Positions 49,675-59,638 are shown, numbered from the stretch's first letter. The stretch: DNA of 64,000 bases from Acidobacteriota bacterium (GCA_965217775.1 CBDCJH010000002.1:2656001-2720000); one strand, 5' to 3'. The notes: a model not told the origin generated them from the letters alone. Numbers and translations: made by a program.

Positions 49675-50751
49675 TCAACGGGTACGCACCTGGACCCGGC
49701 GTCCGGTTTCGCTTGACTCGTAGGCCGCTTCCACGATGCGCGCCACCTGGAGCGCGTCCTCTCCTGAAGCCGGGACAGTCCCCTCTCCCCAGGTCGCTTT
49801 CAGGAAATCCCGGACGAAACGCTCTCCGGGAACCCCGCCATAGGCCGGTGACGAAGCCAAGGTATATTCGAACTCCCGCCAAGGGGCGTCGGACCAGTCG
49901 GGATGGTCCGTCTCCACTTGGAGCCGGTCGGGAGTCCCGGCGGAAGAGAAGTACAAGCGGCCCCGCCTGCCATTGATTCCCACATAGTTGTCGTAACCCC
50001 CCACGTTGTGGTAGCCGCTGCCGCTCAGGGCCATGACGAATCCGACGTGGAGGGTGCCCACGGTCCCGGAGGCGAGACGGAAGGAGAGCACGGCCACGTC
50101 CTCCACGTCGATCTCCTCGCCGCTCCGGGTGGCCACCTCGGCCGACACCGAAACGATCTCCTCTCCGGTGACGAACCGGATCTTGTCGACGTAGTGGCAG
50201 CCCAGCCAGGAGAGCATGCCGCCCCCCGAAATCCGTTTCTTGAAGAGCCAATAGTCGGGATCGCGGAAGCGGACCTGGGTCGTGAGCATCCGGAGTTCCA
50301 GCGACATGAGCGTTCCCAGCAGGCCCTGCGCGATGATCTCCCGCACCTGGCGGACCAGGGGATGGTACCTCCGCCCGTAGAAGACACCCAGCTTCCGGCC
50401 GTTGTCCCGCGCCGACCGGACGACCCGGCCGATCTCCTCAACCGTGGGACCGATGGGCTTCTCGGCCAGGACGTGATGCCCCGTCTCCAGCGCCTGGACG
50501 CAGACGTCGGGACTCCGGTCGGTCCGCGGGCTGGCCACGGCCAGGTGCGCGCCTGCCGCCAGGATCGACGACAGATCGGTCGATACCCGCTCCACCTTTG
50601 AGCTCCCGGCTTCCTCGACGCCGGGAATGAACTTCTCACTTTCGGACCAGACCAGGACCCGATCCACCTCGGGAAGCTGATCGAGCGTTTTCAGGTGCGC
50701 AATCGAATGGGGATTGTCCAGACCCAGCAGGACCGCGTCGATTTTTCGCAT
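49675..50751 (-). CDS. Gfo/Idh/MocA oxidoreductase
   Basis: HVLAEKP, GGGMLSWLGCHYVD, VEDVA. Confidence 0.92.
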   Translation of the reverse strand: MRKIDAVLLGLDNPHSIAHLKTLDQLPEVDRVLVWSESEKFIPGVEEAGSSKVERVSTDLSSILAAGAHLAVASPRTDRSPDVCVQALETGHHVLAEKPIGPTVEEIGRVVRSARDNGRKLGVFYGRRYHPLVRQVREIIAQGLLGTLMSLELRMLTTQVRFRDPDYWLFKKRISGGGMLSWLGCHYVDKIRFVTGEEIVSVSAEVATRSGEEIDVEDVAVLSFRLASGTVGTLHVGFVMALSGSGYHNVGGYDNYVGINGRRGRLYFSSAGTPDRLQVETDHPDWSDAPWREFEYTLASSPAYGGVPGERFVRDFLKATWGEGTVPASGEDALQVARIVEAAYESSETGRRVQVRTR

Positions 50752-50907
50752 GTGAACACTCCTTCCGAACCGGCCATGCACTCACCAACGTCAACGAACC
50801 GTCAAGAGGAGGTCAAGACTACCACGCGGGGAAACTGGTAAGCTTTACGGGCTGCCGAGGCCACCGGGACCGCCGCTTCCACCATACTCGTTGAAAGGGG
50901 AATCCGA

Positions 50908-51897
50908 ATGAAGCTGAGACCTTTGGGGAAGACGGGACGCATGATGAGTCCCATCGGATTGGGTTGCGCCACCTTTGGCCGGGAGATCGATGAGGAGACC
51001 TCGTGGCGGGTGCTGGACTACGCCGTGGAGAAGGGCGTCACCTTCCTGGACACGGCCGAGTCCTACGGCGGAGGCAATTCCCAGCAGTACCGGATCAAGG
51101 AGTATGGGGTCGAGGACAGGCGCGAGGTCACCCTGGAGATGAACTCATCGGAGAACATCATCGGCCGCTGGATGGAGGCGCGGGGCTGCCGGAACGAGGT
51201 GACGGTCTGCACCAAGGTCAGCACCGGCGCCAGTCCCGAGAATATCCACAAGGCTCTGGCGGCAAGCCTGGAACGGCTCCGGACCGATTCGGTCGACGCC
51301 TACAAGATCCATTCCCCCGACCCCAACGTCCCCATCGAAGAGAGCCTGGACGCCCTCAACCAGGAAGCGGATGCGGGACGCATCGTGGCCCTGGGCTGCA
51401 GCAACTTCACCGCGGACATGATGCGCGAGTCGATGGCGATCAGCCGCAAGCGGGGCTACCGCTGTTTCGAGATCACCCAGCCTCCGTACAACCTGGCCAT
51501 CAGGGAATACGAGCGGGACCTCTTCCCCCTATGCAGCCGCGAACAGATCGCCGTCACCACCTACAGTCCTCTGGGAGCCGGCTTTTTCGCGGGCAAGTAC
51601 GCGGCCGGAATGGAAAACCTGCCCTCGGGAACCCGCTTCGACATCGTCCCCGGACACGGGGACATCTACTTTCACGACCGGTTCTTCAGGATTGTGGAAC
51701 AGCTTCGAGCCAAGTCCGAGGAGACGGGATTCTCCATGGTGCGGCTGGCCATGGCGTGGGCCATGAGCAACCCGGACGTGACGGCGGTCCTGGCGGGCGC
51801 ACGCAAGTACGACCACATCGACAACGCTCTGGAATCGTTTCGGATGAACCTGGATCCGGAGTTGAAGGCCGAAATGTCTTCGTGGGGAGAAGTCTGA
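50908..51897 (+). CDS. Aldo/keto reductase
   Basis: IGLGC, DTAESYG, SLERLRTD, GCSNF, QPPYNL, YSPLG. Confidence 0.95.
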   Translation: MKLRPLGKTGRMMSPIGLGCATFGREIDEETSWRVLDYAVEKGVTFLDTAESYGGGNSQQYRIKEYGVEDRREVTLEMNSSENIIGRWMEARGCRNEVTVCTKVSTGASPENIHKALAASLERLRTDSVDAYKIHSPDPNVPIEESLDALNQEADAGRIVALGCSNFTADMMRESMAISRKRGYRCFEITQPPYNLAIREYERDLFPLCSREQIAVTTYSPLGAGFFAGKYAAGMENLPSGTRFDIVPGHGDIYFHDRFFRIVEQLRAKSEETGFSMVRLAMAWAMSNPDVTAVLAGARKYDHIDNALESFRMNLDPELKAEMSSWGEV

Positions 51898-51958
51898 TCC
51901 GTTAGAGAAGGTCCCCCGTCAGGGCGGGACCGTTGACGCTCCTGCATGCCCAGGACGC

Positions 51959-52975
51959 TTGGCCGGGAGTACGCGACCTTTGAAGTCCAATAGCCGGACC
52001 CCGACCCCCGTCGTTGTCCTGAGCCGTTGCCTCGGCGTCGAAGCCTGCCGCTACAACGGCAAGATGATCCGGGAAGACTTCATCCACCATCTTTCCTCCT
52101 ACGTGAAGATCCGGCCGGTTTGCCCCGAACTGGAGATCGGCCTGGGCGTTCCGCGGGACCCCATCCGGATCCTCGCCGGCGACGGCGGCCGGACCCTGGT
52201 TCAACCGGCGACCGGGCGCGACCTGACCCAAGGGATGACCACCTTCAGCCAGTCGTTCTTGGGAACACTGAAAGAAGTGGACGGATTCATCCTCAAGAGC
52301 CGGTCCCCCAGTTGCGGCATCCGGGACACCAAGATCCACGACGCCGATCGGGAGACGGTGCTGGAACGCGGTGCCGGGATCTTCGCCGCGGCCGTCCTGG
52401 AGCACTTTCCCGACGCCGCCGTCGAGGACGAAAAGCGCCTCCGGAATCGAATCCGGCGGGAACAATTCCTGACCCGGCTCTACGCCCTGGCCCGGCTTCG
52501 CCGGATCACCCGAAGACCGACCCGGGAAGCCTTGAACCGGTTCCATGCCAAGAACCGCCTTCTGCTCATGGCCTACAACCGGAAGGAGCTGGATCGGCTG
52601 GACAAACTGTTGTCGGACGACGGCGAGCCGGATGCGGCCTTCCTCGCCAAGGAGTACAAGAGGCGTTTGTCGAACGCCCTTTCCCGCAATCCCCGGTACA
52701 CCTCCCTCATCGGCGTCCTGATCTACGCCTTCGGGCCGATTTCCAAGCAGTTGACCGACCGGGACAAGGCCCTCTTTCTGGATCGGCTCGAACGTTTCCG
52801 GAACGGCAAGATTCCCGCCAGCGGACCGGTGAGCCTGCTGCGGTCCTGGGTCCTGCGCCACGGTCCCAGGGACCTGAGGAATCAGACCTTGTTCAATCTC
52901 TATCCCATGGAGTTGAACGAAGTCGCCGACCCAGCCACGAAGAAGCCCCTGCAACGTTCTCTCTACGACATTTGA
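51959..52975 (+). CDS. DUF523 (2-thiouracil desulfurase-like) + DUF1722 (YbgA) protein
   Basis: SRCLG..CRYNG, CPELEIGLGVPR, LKSRSPSCG, FHAKNRLLLMA. Start uncertain. Confidence 0.9.
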   Translation: MAGSTRPLKSNSRTPTPVVVLSRCLGVEACRYNGKMIREDFIHHLSSYVKIRPVCPELEIGLGVPRDPIRILAGDGGRTLVQPATGRDLTQGMTTFSQSFLGTLKEVDGFILKSRSPSCGIRDTKIHDADRETVLERGAGIFAAAVLEHFPDAAVEDEKRLRNRIRREQFLTRLYALARLRRITRRPTREALNRFHAKNRLLLMAYNRKELDRLDKLLSDDGEPDAAFLAKEYKRRLSNALSRNPRYTSLIGVLIYAFGPISKQLTDRDKALFLDRLERFRNGKIPASGPVSLLRSWVLRHGPRDLRNQTLFNLYPMELNEVADPATKKPLQRSLYDI

Positions 52976-53090
52976 GCCGGCCGTCTCCGGTAGTCCGTGG
53001 AACCGGACCGGCGGGCTCTCCTCCAGCTTGCATTTCCTTCCCTCCCGTAGGAATCTGGCTCGGTCAACCGCCAGGGAGGCAACACACGGC

Positions 53091-54080
53091 GTGAAGAGAC
53101 GGGTTCTGGTGGTGGGGGCAGGCTCCATCGGCCTGCGGCATCTGCAGCTCCTGACCGAGGTCGAAGGTCTTGCGGTCGAGGTCTGCGACAGCCGGCCCGA
53201 GGGGTTGTCCGAAGCGGCAACCGCGGTTCCAGGCGCCCGTCAATGGAGCGATTTCCGAGAGGCTGCCGCCTCCCGGCCCGATCTGGTCTTCGTCTGCACG
53301 CCTCCCGCATCCCACGCCCCCCTGAGCCGGATTGCCCTGGAATCGGGCGCCCACATTTTTTGCGAGAAACCGATCTCCGATTCCGCCGCGGGCGCCAGGA
53401 GCATGATCCGGGATCAGAAACGGACCGGCCGGATTCTGAACGTGGGCTTCGTCCAGAGATTCATGCCCGAAATGCTGCGCGCCCAAAAACTCATCCGGGA
53501 GGGCCGCATCGGACGAGTCTGCTACGCCCGATTCTCCGTCGCCACCTTGAATACGCTGGCGAACTCCCGCTCCCGGCACCAGCGGGACGTCTTCGGCTCG
53601 GCGGCCCTGGACTATGTCTACGGATTCGACACCTTCTGGTGGCTCATGGAGGAACGGCCCATTTCGGTCTACGCCCGGGGCATTCAGGTCGAGGGACTTC
53701 CCTTCACCAGCCGCCCCAACCTCCTCAGCGCAGTGATCGAATACGAGTCGGAGCGCGTCGCCGAGCTGCACATCGACTACGTCGCCTATCCGGACCGCTG
53801 CACCTATACGTTCCAGGGAGAACTGGGCTACGTTCGGGTGGATCTGAGCCGCAACCTCGTGGAGCACGGCGACCGGGAAACCGGACGGCGGCACGTGGAG
53901 AAGCTCACCGTGGACCGGGACGACGTCATGCGGGCCCAGCGGGACCACTTTCTGGACGCTCTGGAGGGACGGCATCCGGTGAGCAGCCCGCCGCAGGATG
54001 CCCTTCACGGAACTTTGGGAGTGGATGCTCTGATACGATCTCTGAAGACGGGGCAACCCGAATCCCTGGAGACTGGCTGA
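53091..54080 (+). CDS. Gfo/Idh/MocA oxidoreductase
   Basis: GAGSIGLRH, CTPPASH, FCEKP. Confidence 0.9.
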   Translation: MKRRVLVVGAGSIGLRHLQLLTEVEGLAVEVCDSRPEGLSEAATAVPGARQWSDFREAAASRPDLVFVCTPPASHAPLSRIALESGAHIFCEKPISDSAAGARSMIRDQKRTGRILNVGFVQRFMPEMLRAQKLIREGRIGRVCYARFSVATLNTLANSRSRHQRDVFGSAALDYVYGFDTFWWLMEERPISVYARGIQVEGLPFTSRPNLLSAVIEYESERVAELHIDYVAYPDRCTYTFQGELGYVRVDLSRNLVEHGDRETGRRHVEKLTVDRDDVMRAQRDHFLDALEGRHPVSSPPQDALHGTLGVDALIRSLKTGQPESLETG

Positions 54081-54098
54081 AGCGGCCGGAGAGTCGCG

Positions 54099-55136
54099 AT
54101 GATCGACAGCGATATCCACAATCAGCTTCCCTCCCTGGAGACGTTGGTGCCTTACCTGGAGGAGCACTGGCGGGCGTACCTTCGCGAGTCGGCGTTCCTG
54201 GGCCCCGACGTGAACGACTACCCCGAGGGGACGCCCATTCCGGCGCGTCCGGGCACCACACCTCCGTCCGGGGGGCCGCCCGGTTCGGATCCCGAATTCC
54301 TCTGCGCCCAGACCCTGGACGCCTGGGATCTGGAGCTGGGCATTCTGAACTGCAACTATTGGGTCCAGAGCGTCCACAACGAATACCTGGCGTCGGCGCT
54401 GGCCACGGCCATCAACACCTGGCAGGTGGAGCACTGGTTGACGGCGGACCCCCGCCTGCGCGCCTCCCTGGTGGTGCCGAGCCAGAACCCGGTCCTGGCC
54501 GCCGAGGAGATCGATCGTCTGGGGGATCATCCCGGCTTCGTGCAGGTGATCCTGCCGGTCCGCTCCTGGACCCCCTATGGAAACCGCCGCTTCGATCCCC
54601 TTTACGAGGCGGCCCTCAGCCACGATCTGGTCGTGGGAATCCATTTCGGCGGCTCCTCCGGCAATCCCCCCACCCCCTGCGGGTGGCCCTCCACCTATCT
54701 GGAGGAGTACGCCGGCATGTCCCAGGTCTTCCAGTCCCAGGTCCTGAGCCTGATTGCCGAAGGGACCTTCGACCGCTATCCCGGCCTGCGGGTGGCTCTG
54801 ATCGAGGGCGGCTTCACCTGGATGCCCTCGCTCATGTGGCGGCTCGACAAGGAATGGAGAGGACTGCGCCGGGACATTCCGTGGGTCAAGCGGCCCCCGT
54901 CGGAATACATCCGGGAACACATCCGTCTGACCCTGCAGCCCGTGGACGCGCCGCCTCGGACCCGGCAGTTGCTGGAGGTCCTGGAGCAGATGGACGGACG
55001 GGACCTCCTGATGTTCTCCTCCGACTACCCGCACTGCCACGACGGCGCCGTGGAGGAAACGCTCCCGGTCCAGCTTCCCGACTCGCTGTGGGACCGGATC
55101 GGATCTGAAAACGCCCGTGAGTTCTATCGGCTTTGA
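54099..55136 (+). CDS. Amidohydrolase_2-fold protein, subunit 1 of a putative dinuclear oxygenase pair
   Basis: IDSDIH, PGSD, GIH, IEGGF, LQP, FSSDYPH. Confidence 0.88.
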   Translation: MIDSDIHNQLPSLETLVPYLEEHWRAYLRESAFLGPDVNDYPEGTPIPARPGTTPPSGGPPGSDPEFLCAQTLDAWDLELGILNCNYWVQSVHNEYLASALATAINTWQVEHWLTADPRLRASLVVPSQNPVLAAEEIDRLGDHPGFVQVILPVRSWTPYGNRRFDPLYEAALSHDLVVGIHFGGSSGNPPTPCGWPSTYLEEYAGMSQVFQSQVLSLIAEGTFDRYPGLRVALIEGGFTWMPSLMWRLDKEWRGLRRDIPWVKRPPSEYIREHIRLTLQPVDAPPRTRQLLEVLEQMDGRDLLMFSSDYPHCHDGAVEETLPVQLPDSLWDRIGSENAREFYRL

Positions 55137-55146
55137 GGAGGAAACC

Positions 55147-56259
55147 ATGGCCATCGCGGTTGAACCCAAGACTCGACCGATGATCCGCAGAAGGCGCCGG
55201 GCCAAGACCGCCGTCATCGACTGCGACATCCACAACGCGCTGCCCTATGATGAGGCGATCCGCAAGTACCTTCCTTCACGCTGGAGAAATCACCACCGGC
55301 TGATCGGGCTCCGTGGGCACATCGGTTGCGAGTACCCCCGAGCCAGTCCCAACGCCGCCCGGCACGATTCCTGGCCCCCTTCCGGCCTGCCCGCCGGCTC
55401 GGACCTGGACTTCATGCGGGAGCAGTTGCTGGACGAGTGGGACCTGGAATACGGCCTCCTGAACTGTCTCGTCGGCGCCGGCCGGCAGCAGAACCTGGAG
55501 TTCGGCGCCGCCTTCGCGCAGGGCCTCAACGACTGGCAGATCGAGGCCTGGCTGGAACCCGAGCCGCGGCTGCGGGCCTCCATCGTGGTGCCCTACGAAG
55601 ACGGAGAGCTGTCGGCGGCCGAGATCGACCGCGTGGGAGGCCATCCCGGCTTCGTCCAGGTGCTGGCGGCGGTCCGCACGCAACAGCCTCTGGGCCGGCG
55701 CAAATACTGGAAGATGTACGAGGCCTGCGAGCGCCACGATCTCCCCTTCGGCATCCACTTCGGAGGAAACTCGGGCCAGCCCCTGACCGGTGGAGGATGG
55801 CCCAACCACTACTACGAGGATCACGCAGGCATGCCTCAGGCCTTTCAAGCCCAGATGATCAGCATGGTCACGGAAGGGGTGTTCGAGCGATTTCCCGGAT
55901 TGAAGGTGGTGCTGATCGAGGGCGGGTTCGCCTGGTTGCCTCCCCTGATGTGGCGCCTGGACCGCTCCTGGGGGAGGCTCAAGGAGGAGGTGCCGGACCT
56001 GAGACGGCTGCCTTCGGAGACCATCCGCCGCCATTTCTGGCTCACCACCCAACCCATGGAGGAGCCGCCCCGGCACCAGTATCTCGTGCAGTTGCTGGAA
56101 CAGTTGGACATGGACGACCGACTGCTGTTTGCGACCGACTACCCCCACTGGGATTTCGACTCTCCGGCGCAGGCCATCCCGCCGAGCCTTCCCCGGGAGT
56201 TCCGTCGAGCCATCATGTCGGAGAACGCGCGGAGCCTCTACGATTTCGGAGAGGCGTAG
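55147..56259 (+). CDS. Amidohydrolase_2-fold protein, subunit 2
   Basis: IDCDIH, AGSD, GIHFGG, YYEDH, IEGGF, TQPMEEP, FATDYPHWDFD. Confidence 0.9.
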   Translation: MAIAVEPKTRPMIRRRRRAKTAVIDCDIHNALPYDEAIRKYLPSRWRNHHRLIGLRGHIGCEYPRASPNAARHDSWPPSGLPAGSDLDFMREQLLDEWDLEYGLLNCLVGAGRQQNLEFGAAFAQGLNDWQIEAWLEPEPRLRASIVVPYEDGELSAAEIDRVGGHPGFVQVLAAVRTQQPLGRRKYWKMYEACERHDLPFGIHFGGNSGQPLTGGGWPNHYYEDHAGMPQAFQAQMISMVTEGVFERFPGLKVVLIEGGFAWLPPLMWRLDRSWGRLKEEVPDLRRLPSETIRRHFWLTTQPMEEPPRHQYLVQLLEQLDMDDRLLFATDYPHWDFDSPAQAIPPSLPREFRRAIMSENARSLYDFGEA

Positions 56260-56397
56260 GGGCACCCCGGGAGCGGCGGCTTTCTTGCCGCCGAACTCCC
56301 AACTAATGATGAAGCACGAGGGTATGGCGAAGGGGGCCGACGGGGGAAAGGGCGACAAGAAAGTCGTCCCTCCCAGGCGGGCGACAAGAAAGTCGCC
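56256..56397. repeat. REP/REPIN cluster overlapping the amidohydrolase stop codon and the Rieske 5' end
   Basis: GTAGGGGCACCCC, GGGAGCGGCGGCTTTCTTGCCGCCG, and two GGGCGACAAGAAAGTCG units. Confidence 0.8.
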
Positions 56398-56893
56398 GGT
56401 CCAGCGACACCTGATCTGCAGCGTCGACTCCCTGCCGCCCGGTTCCCGCAAGCTGGTGAAGATTGGGCCCCGGGCCATCGGCGTTTTCAACGTGGGCGGA
56501 CGTTTCTACGCCCTTCGCAACAGTTGTCCCCATCAGGGCGGCCCGGTCTGCCTGGGACACCTCACGGGATTCGCCACCTCGCCGACTCCGGGCGAGTTCG
56601 AGTACCTGCGGAAAGGCGAGATCCTGCGCTGCCCCTGGCACGGGTGGGAGTTCGACGTCAAGACCGGCCAGTCCTGGTTCGACCCGGCCCGGTTGCGCGT
56701 GGCCACCTACCCGGCCCGGGTCGAGAGCGGCGCCACTCTGGCGGGGAAGAACCGCGACCCGGCGTCCGATCCCGAGATGAGCGGCCTCTGCCCGGGTCCC
56801 TACACGCTGGAGACCTACTCGGTGGCGGTGGAACGGAACTATGTCGTGGTGGAGGTGCCGGGGACTTCCCGAGGAAATCGGAGACATCAATGA
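56306..56893 (+). CDS. Rieske [2Fe-2S] ferredoxin
   Basis: CPHQGG ... CPWHGWEFD. Start uncertain (56306/56309/56324). Confidence 0.9.
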   Translation: MMKHEGMAKGADGGKGDKKVVPPRRATRKSPVQRHLICSVDSLPPGSRKLVKIGPRAIGVFNVGGRFYALRNSCPHQGGPVCLGHLTGFATSPTPGEFEYLRKGEILRCPWHGWEFDVKTGQSWFDPARLRVATYPARVESGATLAGKNRDPASDPEMSGLCPGPYTLETYSVAVERNYVVVEVPGTSRGNRRHQ

Positions 56894-56919
56894 CATCATA
56901 TTCGACAATCCATATGATG
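56894..56919 (+). promoter_or_regulatory. Probable autoregulatory operator/promoter of the vapBC remnant
   Basis: Inverted repeat CATCATAT-N10-ATATGATG containing TATGAT, directly upstream of the antitoxin ATG. Confidence 0.5.
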
Positions 56920-56924
56920 CTGTG

Positions 56925-57194
56925 ATGCGCACCACTCTCACCATCGACGAAGATATCGCTGTCCGGATCCGGGAATTGCGGCGGCGGCGCGGACACTCGT
57001 TGAAGCAGGTCATCAATCGGCTGTTGCGCGAGGGACCGCGAAACAGCCGCCGAACGCGGGATGCGAAACCATACCGCACAAAACCCCAAAGGCTCGCCCT
57101 GAGGCCCGGTTTCGACACCGTCGGGTTCAACCGACTCGTGGACGAGCTGGAGGCCGACGAACGTCGAAATCGAGAAATCCGGTTGCGCCAATGA
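56925..57194 (+). CDS. VapB-type ribbon-helix-helix antitoxin
   Basis: MRTTLTIDEDIA...SLKQVINRLLREG; ATGA overlap with a PIN remnant. Confidence 0.82.
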   Translation: MRTTLTIDEDIAVRIRELRRRRGHSLKQVINRLLREGPRNSRRTRDAKPYRTKPQRLALRPGFDTVGFNRLVDELEADERRNREIRLRQ

Positions 57195-57253
57195 TGATTC
57201 CGAACGTCAACATGCTCGTCTAGGCCGTCGACGAGACGAGTCCGCTCCATGAC
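57191..57253 (+). pseudogene. VapC/PIN toxin 5' remnant
   Basis: MMIPNVNMLV*AVDETSPLHD resembles PIN N-termini (xxPDVNxLxYA...SPxH), with D->N, TAG at 57221, and the rest deleted. Confidence 0.7.
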
Positions 57254-57281
57254 TGGAGTGCCTGAACAGGAGAAATATCCC

Positions 57282-58919
57282 ATGAACGGCGCCGATGCCA
57301 TCGTCAAGATCTTGCAAATGGAAGGGATCCGGCAGGTGTTCTGCTACCCCTTGACCAACCTGTTGGACGCCCTGGCCCGGGCCGGTGTCCGGATCCTGAG
57401 CTCCCGCCAGGAGCGGGTCGCCGGCAACATGGCCGACGGCGTCTCCCGGTCCACCAACGGCCGGCAGATCGGGGTCTTCACAGTCCAGTCCCGAGCCGGC
57501 GCCGAGAACGCCTTCGCGGGCGTGGCCCACTCCTTCACCGATTCCACACCGGTCCTCTTCCTGCCGGGGCACGCGGGATTGGACCAGATCGGGACCCATC
57601 CTTCCTTCGACTGCGTCGACAACTACCGGGCCACCACCAAGATGGCCAACAAGGTGGTCTCGCCCGAGTTGGCTCCCAGCCGATTGCGGCATGCCTTCAC
57701 GGCCCTGCGCTCCGGGAGGCCCGGCCCGGTGATGCTGGAGCTGTTGGACGACGCCTGCAACGCGGAGTTCGTCGGCGACCTGGAATACACGCCGATCCCC
57801 CGGATGCGGGTGGCCGCCGATCCGGGAGCCGTGGAAGAGGCCGCCGAACGCCTGTTGCGCGCCCGGCGTCCCATGATCTGGGCCGGCCAGGGCATCCTCT
57901 ATGCCGAGGCGAGCCGGGAATTGGTGGAGGTGGCCGAGATCTTGGGAATTCCCGTCATGACCACGCTTCAGGGAAAGAGCGGCTTCCCCGAACGCCATGA
58001 GCTTTCGGCCGGCGTCGGCGCCTACTCCATCACCCTCATGGCGCGGCATTACCTGGCCGACACCGACCTGATCCTGGCCGTCGGCTCCAGCCTGACCGTG
58101 GCTCCCTTCACACCACCGATCCCGCCTGGTAAAGCCATCATCCACGCCACCGTGGACCCGTCCGACATCAACAAGGAATATCCGGCGGTGCTCCCGGTCG
58201 TGGCCGACGCCAAACTGTTCCTGCGGCAACTGGCCGAGGTCCTGAAATCCAAGGTGGGAAAGGACCGGGAGGCCCATCGTCAGGAGACGGTCGAGACCCT
58301 CTCACGGCTGCGGACCGCCTGGCTGGAGGAGTTCGAGTCCCTCTTCAGCGACGATTCCCGACCCGTCAACGGATACCGGATGTTCCGGGAGCTCTGGTCG
58401 GCCATCGACCCGGACACCTCCATCGTGACCCACGAATCGGGCGCCTCGCGGGACATTCAGAGCGTCTTCTACCAGGCCAACACTCCCCGCAGTTATCTGG
58501 GATGGGGCCAGTCCTCCCAACTGGGTTTCTCGCTGGGTCTGGCCATGGGAGCCAAGATCGCCCATCCCGACAAGCTGGTGGTCAACGTCATGGGGGACGC
58601 CTCCGTGGGGATGACCGGAATGGACTGGGAGACGGCGGTCCGGGAGAACATCCCCATTCTGACGGTGATCAAGCACGATTCCATCTTCAGCGGCTACGAC
58701 CGTCACATCCCCGTGGCTGTCGAGCGCTACAAGATCTCGACTCAGACCGGGGACTACGCCAACGTGGCGCGGGCCCTCGGCTGCCATGCGGAGAAGGTGG
58801 AGACGGTCCAAGGGCTGCAGCCGGCCCTGAAGCGGGCGATTCAGGCTACGAGAGACGGACAGCCGGCAGTAGTGGACGTGATCACCGCGGAGACCCGCAA
58901 GCTCTCCAAGATTTTCTGA
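57282..58919 (+). CDS. Thiamine pyrophosphate-requiring protein (acetolactate synthase-like)
   Basis: RQERVAGNMADG, GRPGPV, MGDASVGM. Confidence 0.92.
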   Translation: MNGADAIVKILQMEGIRQVFCYPLTNLLDALARAGVRILSSRQERVAGNMADGVSRSTNGRQIGVFTVQSRAGAENAFAGVAHSFTDSTPVLFLPGHAGLDQIGTHPSFDCVDNYRATTKMANKVVSPELAPSRLRHAFTALRSGRPGPVMLELLDDACNAEFVGDLEYTPIPRMRVAADPGAVEEAAERLLRARRPMIWAGQGILYAEASRELVEVAEILGIPVMTTLQGKSGFPERHELSAGVGAYSITLMARHYLADTDLILAVGSSLTVAPFTPPIPPGKAIIHATVDPSDINKEYPAVLPVVADAKLFLRQLAEVLKSKVGKDREAHRQETVETLSRLRTAWLEEFESLFSDDSRPVNGYRMFRELWSAIDPDTSIVTHESGASRDIQSVFYQANTPRSYLGWGQSSQLGFSLGLAMGAKIAHPDKLVVNVMGDASVGMTGMDWETAVRENIPILTVIKHDSIFSGYDRHIPVAVERYKISTQTGDYANVARALGCHAEKVETVQGLQPALKRAIQATRDGQPAVVDVITAETRKLSKIF

Positions 58920-59004
58920 AGAACAGAGGAAAGAGGAAAGAGTGAAGACATTCGCGAGACTGTAACGGTGACAAAACCGCAACGAATTGAGATGAGGTAT
59001 TCAC

Positions 59005-59244
59005 ATGGTTACCGAGGCCTTTAGCATTCGTACCGAAAGCGGGATCGTTCGGCAACTGGATACACTTGCCAAGCTACAGGACCGGTCACGCAACGACATC
59101 GTGAACGAAGCGATCGAAAATTTTCTTGAACTGCACGCCTGGCGGGAGGAATGTATCCGGGCCGGAATCGAGGCAGCCGATCAAGGCCGTTTCGCGGAGA
59201 GAGCGAAGGTGGAACGCACATTCGGCAAGTATTCAAATGTTTGA
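59005..59244 (+). CDS. CopG/RHH antitoxin-like protein (ParD type), orphan
   Basis: FSIR...LDTLAK..DRSRNDIVNEAI...IRAGIEAADQGRF; GAGG RBS; no ParE/RelE ORF follows. Confidence 0.78.
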   Translation: MVTEAFSIRTESGIVRQLDTLAKLQDRSRNDIVNEAIENFLELHAWREECIRAGIEAADQGRFAERAKVERTFGKYSNV

Positions 59245-59383
59245 TCGTGCGTGTCCGACGGGCCGAACAATTCTGGGGCGAGTGTCGTCGATCCTCTGAT
59301 TTGGTAAAATCGTCCCAGAAGCTTGAGTCTCTTGTGTTCTCGATTTTCCTTCGTCAGTAGTCACCCAAGGAAGGAGGAATGCC

Positions 59384-59638
59384 ATGGCTGGGAATGACCT
59401 GTCTCTGGAGACTAAGATCTTTGAGCGACACAAGGCCGAGTTCGAGCGTGATCATCCCTGGGAGTGGATCGTCATTCATGGTGATGACTACGTGGAATTC
59501 TTTGAGGATTTCCAAGTTGCTGCGCAAACTGCGGTGGCTCGTTTTGGACGGGGGCCCTACCTGATTCGGCAAATTGGGGTACCCACGCCTTCACTTCCGG
59601 CTTCCGTTCTTTTCAGGCCCGTCGATGCCGACCACTGA
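59384..59638 (+). CDS. Small DUF5678-like protein
   Basis: FERHKAEFERDHPWEWIVIHGDD...AVARFGRGPYLIRQI; AGGAGG RBS; overlaps the protease gene. Confidence 0.65.
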   Translation: MAGNDLSLETKIFERHKAEFERDHPWEWIVIHGDDYVEFFEDFQVAAQTAVARFGRGPYLIRQIGVPTPSLPASVLFRPVDADH

